This document shows, one piece after another, positions 24,201 through 31,124 of a DNA stretch of 58,740 bases; positions within the stretch are counted from its first letter, which is position 1; every line of letters begins with the position of its first letter. A program made the translations under genes and the position numbers. This DNA comes from Clostridia bacterium. Lineage in GTDB: Bacteria; Bacillota; Clostridia; Christensenellales; UBA1242. The notes beneath the pieces are model-generated. The model did not search any database. It had not been told where the DNA came from and saw only the letters and a program-made list of their open reading frames with translations. The stretch is from contig JAGAOQ010000015.1 in assembly GCA_017623705.1 (NCBI GenBank), positions 1 to 58,740 on the forward strand. The letters run 5' to 3'.

Positions 24201-27200
24201 TTAACATAATCACCAGGACGTTTGTACGGAATACGAACTTCTAATGTTGCCCCAATACTTGACATATCCGCTTTCAAATAAACCGACAAAGTTTGAGCAA
24301 CAGGATTGATAGTAATTCTTGCATATTTTGATTCAATCGTTGATGAAGTTGTACCTACTCCGTTCAAAGTGAAATTTGCATAGTTAGGCACACAATCAAC
24401 AGGCAAAGCCACATCATAAACTGCCGTAGTTCCAACAGCTTGGTATTGGGTTTGCGACATCGTACAAACTGCATAATCTTCAACATCGTCATCAGGTTCA
24501 ACCACAAAACTATCACGGTATTTCGCATCAATTGTCATTGTTTCCGTAATTGCTTTTGCATTACTTTCACCTTGAATAGAAACGCTGATACCAAATCTCG
24601 TGCCGTTAGCCAAACGGTGTGAAAATTGCGAACTACTAATAATTGAAGTTTTGAAATAATATTTACCAGTCCATTTGTAACCTTCTGCCTTAGACCAAGA
24701 TGAAATCATTTTCGGCATCGTAGAATTACTGATATATGGTTGATAGAATTTTTGGTCTTCGTTATAAACCATTTGAGTAAAACCAACTGAATAAACAATG
24801 CTATCATAAATTGGCTTACCCGATAAATCAGTACCAATTAAAACTTTTTCCGTGTGAGGTTGTGAAGTCCATAAGTTAATACTTGAAACATTAATGTAAT
24901 ATGGAGTTGGGTAAACCACTAAAATACCACCAACAGATTCATCATCAAGATAAATTATACCAGCATCACTTTGTCCATTCGTCAAACTTACTGCACTACG
25001 TACACCTTCAACTGCATTCGTATCAGCGAAGTGTGCCATTGTAACATTATAAATACCTTGCTTAGTTAAATTCAAGATAGATGAATCAACACTTGGAGTT
25101 TTAATATTTAACAATGGTGAATCGGCTAAATTTTCTTGTACATACAGGCGGGCAGCTGCAACGTTATAGAACGGATCAACATCAGGCACAGTAATTACTA
25201 CTGCTACTTCAATTTTCAAATAGTAGGTATAATATAAATTTGCATAAACAGGATTTGCCGCATTCAAACAAGTAAGCTTAAATTCTAATTTAGCTTTACC
25301 ACCTTCCATATTTACATAAGAAGTAGTTTGATTGTTTTCAAATAAACGATAGTAAATACCATCATACAAGAAATTATATGTTAATAGACTTGGCGACCAA
25401 TTATCTTGGTCAATACGCATTGTCAAGTCGTATGTTGCCGACGATACACCGTCCAAGCTAATCGAATCTTGTACGATATTTAAGTAATTGATACCACCTT
25501 TAACATTAACTCTAACTGTCGAAGTCAAAGCATCTAAATTAAATGTGTATACTGCACCATTTGCCGTAGTAAATTCAATATAAGGATTAAACGAATAAGT
25601 ACCACCAGCGTAAGTAACATTATCCGTACGACTCTGCTCTGGCGAATCGAAATTATGGTTTTTCAATTTCCAACCTGAATAAACATCTAAATCAGCAGCA
25701 AACGAGAACTCATTACCACGTTGCATTGTTACTGTATCAACTGCATTCGTAAATTCGTCTGGTGATAAATTCTTACGAGAAACAACGCCAGTACCACTTG
25801 CACTTTGAATCATAAGTTCAAAAATATCGATACTTTCTACAACATAGAAAGTGATAAAACGACCAGTAATGTTTAATTCAAAATATACTGTATTGTTTCC
25901 ACGAGTGCAGAAATTGTTATTATCATGATTATCAATATTGAAAACGTGGTTCAAGTCGATATTCAATCGTCCTTTACTACTATCACATTTCAGTGTAGCA
26001 CCAACCTGTTCTCCGTTAACAAATTTACTAATATAAACTGTTTCTGGTTTACGTAAAATGTCCCAACCCAAAACTGTGTATAAATCATCTAAATAATAAA
26101 CGTTAGCTGCAATTTGCGAACCGTAATTATCTTCACCAGCTGTATAGAACAAAGCCGCATAATAATCATTCGGTTTTTGACTTGCTAGTACCCAGTTATA
26201 ACCGCCACGAGTATTACGTAAACCACTATTTGCGTCGTGAATAATATCGCTCTCAAATTCATCAGTTTTTTCTTTAACTTCGTCTTCTGTACCAATGTAA
26301 AGTGCAACCATTTCATAAACATCAGGCAACACTAAATCAGTACCGTTACTATCTTTACCTACATAACGCAAACTATCACTTGCATAAACAACCAAAGCAC
26401 TAAGCCCTAAGCTTAACTTACCTTCCACAGCCGAAACATAAATCTTCCCCGTTGCAGTATCTAAACGAGCTACCGCACAATCAGCAATCAACAAATTACC
26501 ATCAACAACTGTAAATGGATTCAACTCAAATTTTCCATACTTCCATTCAGCATAAGCAATACCATAATTTTGATAAGCTGCATCGTTTGCAACTTTAACA
26601 CTAATTTCTTTTTCAACAATTTTACCAGTTTCGGAAATTAACTCTAAATATTTGCCAGTAGCATTATTATGCTTAACACCATCAACAACAGTAACGGTAT
26701 TTGGCTTTTTATTATCAACCACAACGTTAACATTAACAGCAGAACCACCGAGGTAATAAAACTCAAACGGAACATTATCAGTCCAATTTTGACCATCTAA
26801 GTCAAATTCAGCAGGGAAATTATAACTCTTGTAAATCTTAAAACCGACATTGAATGCTTTATCCGCTAAATATTTTGCGGTAACGGTAAATTTGTTAAAG
26901 TTAACCCCACTACCCTGTTGTAAAGTAATATTTGCATTAACTGGTTCTACAACTTCAATATTTACATAATTATTATCGGTAATTTCTTTTCCGTCCAAGG
27001 TCGTTAATTTAAGAGCAATTTCCGCACTATCGGTAATTCCGTCTAAATCAATTTTTTCTGGATAAATCACGTTATCAATCGGAGCAACAACAATCATATA
27101 AACAACAATTTCAGTTTCACTATCGCCATAAACCGAATCACTATATGCATGCAAAGTAACATGACACTCATATAAACCTTCGGCTAAATTGCGAGCATCG

Positions 27201-29464
27201 AACGCATTTGTTGCATCACAAATTTTCTTTCCGCTAGCATCATAAACACTATCGAAAACAGCATAAGCACCAACGTTCACACCAGGAGTTTGGACTGCAA
27301 ATTCGTAGGTATAACCCTTACGAACATAAGCGGTACGCACATAATCGTAAGTTGTTTCATGGTTATCAATTATCGTATCATAAATTTTACCACGGTTATT
27401 ACTGATTACCGACATTGACAAAGTTTCAACAGTTGGGTAAACACAAATTGCAAAGGTATAATTTTTGCCATTAGCGTATTCAATCGTGAATTGATAATCT
27501 TTATAATATTCAATTAAATCAATATTGTTAGCAGTAATTGTATAGGCAATATAATAGCAATCAAGTTCCCTAGAATATTGAGTAACCGGTGAAATTATGA
27601 ACGGTAAATCTTTACTATTATCAACAACTTTGGCAGTATTCCATTTGGCACTGTAAGCATAATCCACTGTGTTATTTACACCAGTGTTAGCAACCATACC
27701 ATAAACGTTAATAACTTCGGTACTGAATTCTTGGTGCTTGATATTGTAAACCAACGCCACACCCGAAGTACCATCATTAAACGTCGTAAGGTTATCAACC
27801 TTGAATTTATCAATTACACTTGTAACGTCTAAATTCACATCACAGGAAGCTTTTCCACCAACCGACAACTCACTTGTGCTTTTAATTCGCAAAGTCAATG
27901 TCATATCATCAGAAAGGAAATCTTCTGCATAAGCAGTCTTCATAAATGCCACAGAGAAACACTTTTGATAGTGAGTATAATAATTTTCTGGGGACATATA
28001 AACCCAGTCATTATTTTCCGCCGACCAATAACCAATTTGTAAAATATTATATAAACTGATTCCATGAGTTTCTTCGGTTGCTAAACGTCCATACGTACCA
28101 CTTTTGTCCCCTACTCTGTCTTCAACAATCAATTCAAATTCAACATCAGCATCTTCATTAACAACTTTGCCATTCGCAGTATTCAAAACAAAGGTATCAA
28201 AATACTCTCCATCATAATAATCACCTTCATAATGGAAAGCGTTAATTGATTCTTTATCAGTTGCTAAATTAAATGTTTCTGTGCCATAAATTTCAGTTTC
28301 TGCATGAAGATAGAACTCATTACGTACACGCAAATAAATAGTGTCAGTAATTTGAACATTTTTATCACTACTATCAGCATAAGCAATTTCTTTACCACCA
28401 TCTTTCACGATTGGATATGCCGTAATATTGATTGCAACTTGTCCAAGGTTTTTAACTGTCGATAATGAATGTGTGTATTGATCAATATAATCAACACGAG
28501 CAATTAAAGTATCCGCACTTTTAACCACAAAACCATAATCAGATAATTGTGTTTTTGCACAATCTAAACCAAACTCAAAAGTCGCACTAGAAAAATTAGT
28601 GCGATTTGCAATTAAATCCCATGTCTTATCTGGGGTTGACGCAGTTTTATAAGCATCAGTATTAACAGTAATATTTTTAGCACTAGGGAAAACATAAAAC
28701 GGAACATCAATCCATTCCGTCATTGCTGGCAACTTAGCTTGTAAATAAACATATTGATCAACACAAGTAGCATCGTCTTCAACTGATAAAGCACCTTGCT
28801 GTAAGATTACACCAGGATATTGTTCTTTTAAGCGATATTCAACGGGGAAATTATTCGGTGTAAAAACTCGCTCCGTGTCTTCATGATGAGCAAAGAACGT
28901 AAACTTATTCAAAACATCAGCTGACATTAAATCTAACTTAGTACCACCTTGACGTACACCGAAATGAGCATTAGGTGCAAGTTTCATATCCTTAGCGGTC
29001 ATTTTAACAGTAACATTAACACCAATTGTTTGAGCTCCCGAACGTGTCGTAAAAGTCATAGTAATCGGTGCTCCACCATTTTGTCCCGTTACCATAAAAG
29101 TATTGACACCAGTCTTACCCGCTTCATCTCTGGGTGTAATTGGCGTAACATTAACAATTCCGCTACTAATTGAGCTTTCGTTTAATTCAACACTACGGTC
29201 AGCTGTTTCTGGCAATCCATCAACTTTAATTGTGAAATAAGTCGACGACAAAGGCGTTTCAACAATACGGAATTTTTTATCCGCTGTTTCGTCTTTTTCC
29301 AACTCTATTTCCAAATTGATGTTAGGTTTATCAACAGTAACAGTAACGCTACCATAGACATCTTTTTGACGACCTGCATTTTGGAATGCAAAAATAACAC
29401 CAAAAACTGCGGCAATAGCAATAATGCTAACAACAAGTAAACTGGCAAGCCCACGTTTTTTCAA
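9200..29464 (-). CDS. Giant (6754 aa) secreted or N-terminally anchored surface protein: Ig-like region, 11 unrecognised repeats, GLUG-type beta-helix, unknown C-terminal domain
   Basis: 20.3-kb uninterrupted ORF; MKKRG plus hydrophobic segment; TTG start with GGGGGA SD; GGLVGxN/GGIAG repeats, GTAENPYLI and GTFEGNG motifs; no C-terminal LPxTG or TM anchor seen. Confidence 0.9.
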   Translation of the reverse strand: MKKRGLASLLVVSIIAIAAVFGVIFAFQNAGRQKDVYGSVTVTVDKPNINLEIELEKDETADKKFRIVETPLSSTYFTIKVDGLPETADRSVELNESSISSGIVNVTPITPRDEAGKTGVNTFMVTGQNGGAPITMTFTTRSGAQTIGVNVTVKMTAKDMKLAPNAHFGVRQGGTKLDLMSADVLNKFTFFAHHEDTERVFTPNNFPVEYRLKEQYPGVILQQGALSVEDDATCVDQYVYLQAKLPAMTEWIDVPFYVFPSAKNITVNTDAYKTASTPDKTWDLIANRTNFSSATFEFGLDCAKTQLSDYGFVVKSADTLIARVDYIDQYTHSLSTVKNLGQVAINITAYPIVKDGGKEIAYADSSDKNVQITDTIYLRVRNEFYLHAETEIYGTETFNLATDKESINAFHYEGDYYDGEYFDTFVLNTANGKVVNEDADVEFELIVEDRVGDKSGTYGRLATEETHGISLYNILQIGYWSAENNDWVYMSPENYYTHYQKCFSVAFMKTAYAEDFLSDDMTLTLRIKSTSELSVGGKASCDVNLDVTSVIDKFKVDNLTTFNDGTSGVALVYNIKHQEFSTEVINVYGMVANTGVNNTVDYAYSAKWNTAKVVDNSKDLPFIISPVTQYSRELDCYYIAYTITANNIDLIEYYKDYQFTIEYANGKNYTFAICVYPTVETLSMSVISNNRGKIYDTIIDNHETTYDYVRTAYVRKGYTYEFAVQTPGVNVGAYAVFDSVYDASGKKICDATNAFDARNLAEGLYECHVTLHAYSDSVYGDSETEIVVYMIVVAPIDNVIYPEKIDLDGITDSAEIALKLTTLDGKEITDNNYVNIEVVEPVNANITLQQGSGVNFNKFTVTAKYLADKAFNVGFKIYKSYNFPAEFDLDGQNWTDNVPFEFYYLGGSAVNVNVVVDNKKPNTVTVVDGVKHNNATGKYLELISETGKIVEKEISVKVANDAAYQNYGIAYAEWKYGKFELNPFTVVDGNLLIADCAVARLDTATGKIYVSAVEGKLSLGLSALVVYASDSLRYVGKDSNGTDLVLPDVYEMVALYIGTEDEVKEKTDEFESDIIHDANSGLRNTRGGYNWVLASQKPNDYYAALFYTAGEDNYGSQIAANVYYLDDLYTVLGWDILRKPETVYISKFVNGEQVGATLKCDSSKGRLNIDLNHVFNIDNHDNNNFCTRGNNTVYFELNITGRFITFYVVESIDIFELMIQSASGTGVVSRKNLSPDEFTNAVDTVTMQRGNEFSFAADLDVYSGWKLKNHNFDSPEQSRTDNVTYAGGTYSFNPYIEFTTANGAVYTFNLDALTSTVRVNVKGGINYLNIVQDSISLDGVSSATYDLTMRIDQDNWSPSLLTYNFLYDGIYYRLFENNQTTSYVNMEGGKAKLEFKLTCLNAANPVYANLYYTYYLKIEVAVVITVPDVDPFYNVAAARLYVQENLADSPLLNIKTPSVDSSILNLTKQGIYNVTMAHFADTNAVEGVRSAVSLTNGQSDAGIIYLDDESVGGILVVYPTPYYINVSSINLWTSQPHTEKVLIGTDLSGKPIYDSIVYSVGFTQMVYNEDQKFYQPYISNSTMPKMISSWSKAEGYKWTGKYYFKTSIISSSQFSHRLANGTRFGISVSIQGESNAKAITETMTIDAKYRDSFVVEPDDDVEDYAVCTMSQTQYQAVGTTAVYDVALPVDCVPNYANFTLNGVGTTSSTIESKYARITINPVAQTLSVYLKADMSSIGATLEVRIPYKRPGDYVNPYLSVVIVPVYFEVNDLEVINHYESRLQITRDELTQLKYRALFNYDTSMLNSTVTEKMNAFNNSLLSSSYLSCDYETAGQITVEVAYSYVNGEPVLTKNGNCRYARTFYYDITMGDALIKRTEYLAVGTAGTYTFYNWDPLHASRLYLQDAQTNDASIKDYWDKNIKTENRNTVTITVSLENKSATVSNNEAYKALIQAGKIVINVYSTANIITPQLELTIIPVYFTFSEFKLANNPVDPIVALTTPTVLTVEAGDIVAVDDSDVVSAINTFNAELLNAQNNLSNTLALSFSRVPNDDGVLNFNFDNTTRALTRADASNPITATSYLLVAGNISYVNGIPTLNNNGDKILTYLPVRTFGSGIGESEEFMPDLEVAPNGRTRTVAQAIGTSIRYNIALPGVIYDSLVDKYEVRQDGKYVWTKGCGWNVIFNFKESVITVDLDQNTDLFDKVLVIMAYNRDGELMYALKVIPTYFTVEQILLADHIDESPVLIKNESNWLAELRLDIVSNYSNETASDVNFENWFNDFLYSLNGSSLVSRIDDAGYVTVFAGISYVEGLPRLVNLVNAQTVVQNAYRYELTDGIPENTKAQAIGQEVVYNVNRTVGAVKISTGKDGEGNDIWETYDNGAYQHWWLQFDSNPKRIRVGLNESTELIGQVIRMGIFIKFDDEEPSYILNIIPAYFTVDDLTVAGQTNEDRDIVLYYGDECDSPEDVLFEAVFGEYSTNEALNIPAYLSAFNDELQTTKAHLIGRYYDSSVLSGDLHITAYLNYQNGTPTLVEASLADSVYVARIDIDFTYTIYGKNSYSGDLPPMPVGPRTRSVVQAVGTTASYVIDVNKDVTLDLDYLTFDDEKLQKRGWKVTFDESILTVQLLPDAETLLKNDDIVFNFYAGYELAFVLTVQPVLFEVVGIETIYPEQPVDMTDLSVTEIFYRAKVKYNDEISYQGDKVIEFIDAFNTILNSERGNLLEVTVEDQYLKIDVAVDYGSAGSDGRRVPALLSVESYPLNVIENYIEFTVGEESSSSAKHYQAVGTTEFYYLGAEFTGEESVAVVVDGSTIHDTSIVGADVVEYGVGYALKVFVAANSDLVGKNITISISGTRNFTMNIEPVWFLVDGFEVVNHPEQHMWLIIADDLADDIDDLMFRVHARYSLLGDESFKTALQAQIDAFNQQLALYDVDTEQWTKQTWANYLDIYTIGAEYLVVRAAIDYENGVPSIIKLSQAVPTQIVRDVFEYVRYSDQINLPDLVRPNIPRSRTVDLIIGYNEVYTIDFNELPFGFTNDMIALYENSNSEYADDDTKLTPYENGSNGWKVQARGNQLYVTLDPNADLVNRELKVFIYYEKNHVQDAPNSFDVENVAFILTIRPVWFKVTGFALNGYADNMIVVDSIDDFMSDLSEFDGDTYFTPVLEYSKDVFNQTEGGVGALLQEKMKAFIDEARYSPYVTKTRTRESDVIYHFQVASSISYVPFQGIPEFSDEISKRVLNSFKVVVGSASEPVERVEYQAIGTSKTYYVDSSVLDGVTGIENGANYTVTWDSTDKNYVTVNLLDTAEIGTPIEIEIGSALVLKINPVYYEVLGFETIDHPERAVWVISPYTVEDLKYRVLTTKLSSSLTDEILANVQSSIDSLNASLNNGNAPVSIMTDSYQNIIFDAAINYEAGYPTIAEITKDQRNVVESIIPYRIWSASLTPKPERPTVMGTTKANQVLGATKLYSLKNIKGQVCYQYLWTENAGSLITPFKNSLNGTSQVYDNLSILVDPTKGTLQVQLKANISDLANNIRIYIPYMTLVNGKDVWYSHCIEITPLLFELKGWTIEAADADVGATQLIKNENNPDYLLLTSISNLVTNIKYVAKVNASKADDVDLQRAIEAAKLNIENSANEFISATVTSNNVELNNLTLRRNVDAYTKTDNIVGLSTYIVYEDGVPKLVNSSSTLIANQILISTGYTRDEWNSHVQDVILSSGVANSIQVIGTSVVHTVEITDAGKVFYDQITVVDRTTQEAISIPGERSNLVIVDCELADETTNTLILNVELAAVVALRNVNVEIKIPYAESADATEPDYVFSYYITPVLYVIDGFYLDAAENNYLELGNQDIPLELHVKASYADDVNVRNIVNLFLTDLESSLNTAIYSETISFEVEEVEDISGGVNVRLQSFGNTLWIQKIGDITASNNIVGSVVIGYNGGIPQIGSVNPLTDVTVDIQIQVNTKEGEISFFPGWDTPTLGESSEHLQSIGTSRNYPVIAGDPNITFYYEFIEIFNGGLKRGENEYEFFAFDVIEPGRQNLTLGFTLRASAKILTGWIDVRIPYTRLVDGETQWFYYSLQVKPVLFEIKGWKLKVGGELVDSVTLNDSAVELYFTPEIASGPLNEDYYSTEELLYIRNAIRRLEKEINTYDPKISDGYTYMVIQNTAQEGFQVNYSVYRENSTNTSYLLRDSAEASTTIMQLSANISYGVTNFTQEYVDGAQAVAAYGNTEGAQRITSQIAIYTTEKSTPGSDGDRSTVFITQDNASRLMELNSGIDYVLMSDIYLYKIPQLKNGMWKPADFPENTTLDGNNFKIHFNDIGFDLTDTPANIGLFTTIPTGSVVKNLQVVLEHGPADDPNTPLDESITVLNVNLEDYAANTVNVGLLAGINNGIITNCAVLSEWQFDMRNLTSIENPMTGEKFETDLAFNKDGYVFDADYFYKLSTVGDKVVVSNVYNNLGHGITKNETTGKWEVEYDQWENVKNWIVPDRTSVANYDDYSPIMNIADIEINSQSAAKLYVYAKNENLTVTLGGLVGTNTYMVTNSRVLIDVELFGPEQRTESGQIDEISVLSSVVGGLAGINQGTITTSYFRDGSVINNANADKLNGRTSLLGGFVGQNEGIIQQSYAMGRSTEREDSRNHISTAGAVRTIRNSLGGFVHINTGTITDCLVNMVIEKTGTEGSAGGFVYQNTATGKISNCIENNNIILQSSSTLDFYSPFVVINGDKQTDKVVTTNLSNLIYAGNADSISLSDDWNGTLKHLTNSSNNQNERYTEINNFEGFSIGDDSGNGVSDKNTIWKMTNVGPMLRAANEIAISYRKYTWGSSPYLYQPGTAENPYLIWTEDQFNDYVYGATAQATESDKAGQANVLTNIERSRQNNHLRLVDNVLLNGIKDTYKIIYTGTFEGNGLTMSGISLDTVTNDLATMGLFGKTEYATIRNINFEVGSINSTARYVGGIAGIAINTSFVDVKVSSADVIKGANIVGGFVGLNVVNDISVENYNLHSSVSVTANFHSGQTDIGSNKFSSGKEYYQQTLYAKVEALDISYEQGYGTAGAVFGFITSNPNNYRVVDENGVSKIYAREFYKQIVKKDAAGNEIAIAPDEDCRSLNTEREWFLKDRMGNVINDTVNDGMGVYYTSKIILQNISGAVKDVSANVAGGLIGIMDETIELRKPDLLSLNSLTGKYYLGGIVGINLGKITGGVTVNNGETTTYSTMNLKNWTTLSSAGSSYIFRDNPSVVVDETVPLDERTCFWGMTVGAIAGYNDGFNDNINSGVIENIHVDVNVLGASKSALQYVIGGVVGVNGDYGYVNNAINTNSVVNVNSVQVKAAQVQKFGFYFGSVIGYSRATGSSFSGGVTTRMNMLRINVPYFATYSYVSADDFKTSEVDNAFGVVANTTYKVQTMTLEEYKAYLANTITDKDLVTRVTMLEPWLRSLPTYVTSMVNHKNVLVRAEAYYDSGLADLLNWVKENKIFAKWDYSHSSIEGYSDKVLANYMSYVSYGATSTKAETSENENEFIEKVNEYREARYQKAVELFTYQYKVYGDLAGAQNANFTWAQYEDYLLFKEYSKDSKVASTDYRYAELYAIKGDSFTEMVFPSTETLAEYVFIKDDKGNNTQANDAIKISSQEYFRKLLANMEESRQFTSKDPMQIFINYVIETANTDENNFKVNGWQLPLAHYYYYMSELYGQNFTGSFGTVNYNYSVPSNFPVAGTNGYVSYLYLNQQLDINGSGLLTVPEFIDMISRENDIIMENETAWVKYGHRLNSADKNSTRISDIGALTLNWTTAAKLENAQEQIQVNNGVISYTDEFGTEQSWQALVEYTQAKATKGLTISKYKQIIGMGGSLYALIHEYESAGETATDSYIFALKQEQYNWSAEQSNFIKNYYTVQTGGYDLKYALAATTYGNVFSESNNGNVRAVYQTKAQIVDNNNWFVDNDGDGVYDSGEPLGVWYFPASNAKTEFKNGEDTYYIYNYTQDLHLGGHGNVGPAMYIDNGDKLFGTISAAGTGSADSRSSGLDKLILYQVDVSENPDFYQGELGTENVAYFKIARQILPNDMVFSGTENSGNVSDYLEEALWWRNEGFTAEEFDKIKTHAMTKSMTKNVNYVANSENGGFVYFNNNGILTRKEGYTLADDWSSSSGNGASGFKSADFTTAEYVEIVLGTDYDTSGENWKWWSTYADYLLFVKVYNATLSVDGEINEGKIKDEEKPMIPSTSAFRNPFSIDDMGYSTSVAFVDSLATENDLADAIEFVSDRAAFMTLFRAEHTTADYINWAYSDRGSCIIRNKETNTDETKYFRLNHYIYYVQQNLDEDNVFDSDDFKWVLTQNVRKEIFYNDVTQKARTDDLVEYRRNWYNDGQPFMTYRDYCEWINIYAYDDQYRPDRGDVEDVESGETIRTTDGWLTIDAFAVWKRMEKYENNVEYLKKIGTTTDQAPITTPILKRQISTTVFPKIQSSGEKAVDEKTGMETGDKYILPQLTESNASDDKIVQYYGWDQLEEYENYKMPLDHQRHVIDRYEYNERYEIMDAGYRGTIGEETYEFAVNERVFQYYDAFVFDNKYATKCDHACGGNNGATPQMCQNTTHAAYIVRQWLQRYLYHSDAASHDGTTWSVYSLKLDETEVITESQDTGKDSYKQFLWWTWDHKDIMVHLDRPASKYAQLYVPYDYFKRACQAIKSVYSSANGYKGYFNYMKFWAKNGAYNWICDFSEYDGVREGVEEVKYTYLETAFWNNYDGKTSPLKEDDGTPIVWYNEQKQ
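13430..16710 (-). repeat. GLUG-like glycine-rich beta-helix repeat region of the giant protein (two blocks)
   Basis: VGLLAGINNG, LGGLVGTN, VGGLAGINQG, LGGFVGQNEG, VGGIAG, VGGFVGLN, LGGIVGINLG, IGGVVGVNG; each block is headed by LDGNNFKI or FEGNGLTM followed by GLF. Confidence 0.8.
16740..24460 (-). repeat. Eleven degenerate ~200-265-aa protein repeats in the giant protein
   Basis: Recurring Q(A/V/S)(I/V)GT...Y, then PV(Y/W/L)F.V..F, then an amphipathic helix (..AFN..L), then Y.xG.P.(L/I); unit starts near 24450, 23835, 23050, 22438, 21738, 21125, 20435, 19703, 19099, 18307 and 17521. Confidence 0.85.
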
Positions 29465-29470
29465 ATGTTA

Positions 29471-29536
29471 TTCCCCCCAACGTTTTTCCTTTAATCTAGT
29501 ATGCTTAATTATATTTTTTATATGAATAACCGTCAA
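29471..29536 (-). promoter_or_regulatory. Promoter and leader of the 6754-aa gene
   Basis: TTGACG(29536-29531)-17 nt-TATAAT(29513-29508), CATACTA (29503-29497), SD GTTGGGGGGAA. Confidence 0.8.
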
Positions 29537-29549
29537 GCAAAAAACTGTT

Positions 29550-31115
29550 CTAGGCAAGGTAAACTGTTTGCTTGGAATAAACTTTTACTGCCGCAGCAGA
29601 ATGTTCCCCACTACCTACTGTAATATTATTTGGAGTAGTATCATCTTCGTCATTGATAATATGCATGTTATCTTCCGCAAAACCATACTTTGCGGCACTA
29701 TTCGCCGAACTTGCCCCGTAAATATAAAGATTGAAGTTGTTACATGAATTATTCAAAACAAGATCAACATTTCCCCAATCATGATGTCCGCTGATATAAC
29801 CACCAGCTTTAATCACATTATCAGTCCCTACAACTTTATTAAAATGAGCTTTAATATTGGCAGCCCCTGCTCCGTTTTCCCAATTACGCACCGTAATGTC
29901 AGCTTTACCATTGATACCATGCACATTGATATTACCATCGTATCCCAAAACTTTTACTGAACATTCACTGGCATCATCTTGAAAGCTAACATTGATATCA
30001 CCACCACTGACTTCACAACTGCGAACATCCACATTACCATTTACTCCCGCCAAGTTCACACTACCAATTCCGTAATTTTTAACAGAAACATCACCCACAA
30101 CACTACCAACGCTAATCGACGCCGTAGCCGTTGCATCATCTTCTTTACCTGCGGTAAAATCCACCCCACCGCTAACAATTTCATCAACAGATAAACTTCC
30201 ATGTATAGTAGTCATAGCAACGCCAGCAGCCACTTTACCGACCGCAATATTGGCATTGACAGTTGTTACATCAAGGTTGTTAATTTCGTTCATTGTTAAG
30301 CTACCACTTTGATGACTAAACGTTACACTATTAGCCGTATCGCCATGGAACTGGTTATTTGCCCCAGTGATTTTAACATCGCCCACAATGTCAGCATTGA
30401 AAGTTTGTACTCCATTTGAACCAGTAACCGTAACATCGCCATTAACTACTGATTGACAAACAAACTTTGTTTTAGAACTTTTAATTTCAACGTTGTTCAA
30501 AGAAATATTTTCGTTAGCAGGAATATTGACATTAGCCGCACTTTCCACAACCAAATCACCAATACGCAAAGCATCAGCTTGTCCAACTGTATTATCAACA
30601 AAAGAGAAATTCACATCACTGTAATTGTTTTGTAAAACGAAATCATGCACAAAAGTATCGTCCTTGCCACGGTGCGGTAAATTGATGTAAACCGTTGTTG
30701 GTTTATCACTAAACACAATTCCCGATGGCTCTAACACTTTAATTTTATAATAAAGTTCTCCATTATATAAAGTCTGTGTCCATTGTACCAAAGTACGATT
30801 CAAACTATTAAAGGCAATTCCCGTCGCAGTTTCATTAACTACAATTGTACCTTCCCCTTCATAACCTTCATTCGACATCTTGACTTCAATTTTAGTTCCA
30901 GTACTTTCAATAATGAAATTACCATTTGTAAACGCCGTCGTTAATGCTTCGTCTTTGTAAACGATTTGCGTATCCCGCTCATTAACCGACTTTGCCCCGA
31001 AAAACGATAAGTTCGGGAAAATAAACAGTAGTGCTGTTAACAACCCCAGCACAACCGCCGACCCTAACAAAACCAAACCAATGGCGGTAATAAAATTGAT
31101 CAATTCTTTTTTCAC
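29550..31115 (-). CDS. Membrane-anchored beta-strand repeat protein (DUF4097/putative adhesin-like)
   Basis: N-terminal TM helix; repeated GDVxV/GxVxV short strands (NGDVTVTG, VGDVKITG, VGDVSVKN, NGNVDVRS, DGNINVHG). Confidence 0.65.
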   Translation of the reverse strand: MKKELINFITAIGLVLLGSAVVLGLLTALLFIFPNLSFFGAKSVNERDTQIVYKDEALTTAFTNGNFIIESTGTKIEVKMSNEGYEGEGTIVVNETATGIAFNSLNRTLVQWTQTLYNGELYYKIKVLEPSGIVFSDKPTTVYINLPHRGKDDTFVHDFVLQNNYSDVNFSFVDNTVGQADALRIGDLVVESAANVNIPANENISLNNVEIKSSKTKFVCQSVVNGDVTVTGSNGVQTFNADIVGDVKITGANNQFHGDTANSVTFSHQSGSLTMNEINNLDVTTVNANIAVGKVAAGVAMTTIHGSLSVDEIVSGGVDFTAGKEDDATATASISVGSVVGDVSVKNYGIGSVNLAGVNGNVDVRSCEVSGGDINVSFQDDASECSVKVLGYDGNINVHGINGKADITVRNWENGAGAANIKAHFNKVVGTDNVIKAGGYISGHHDWGNVDLVLNNSCNNFNLYIYGASSANSAAKYGFAEDNMHIINDEDDTTPNNITVGSGEHSAAAVKVYSKQTVYLA

Positions 31116-31124
31116 AATTCAAGT

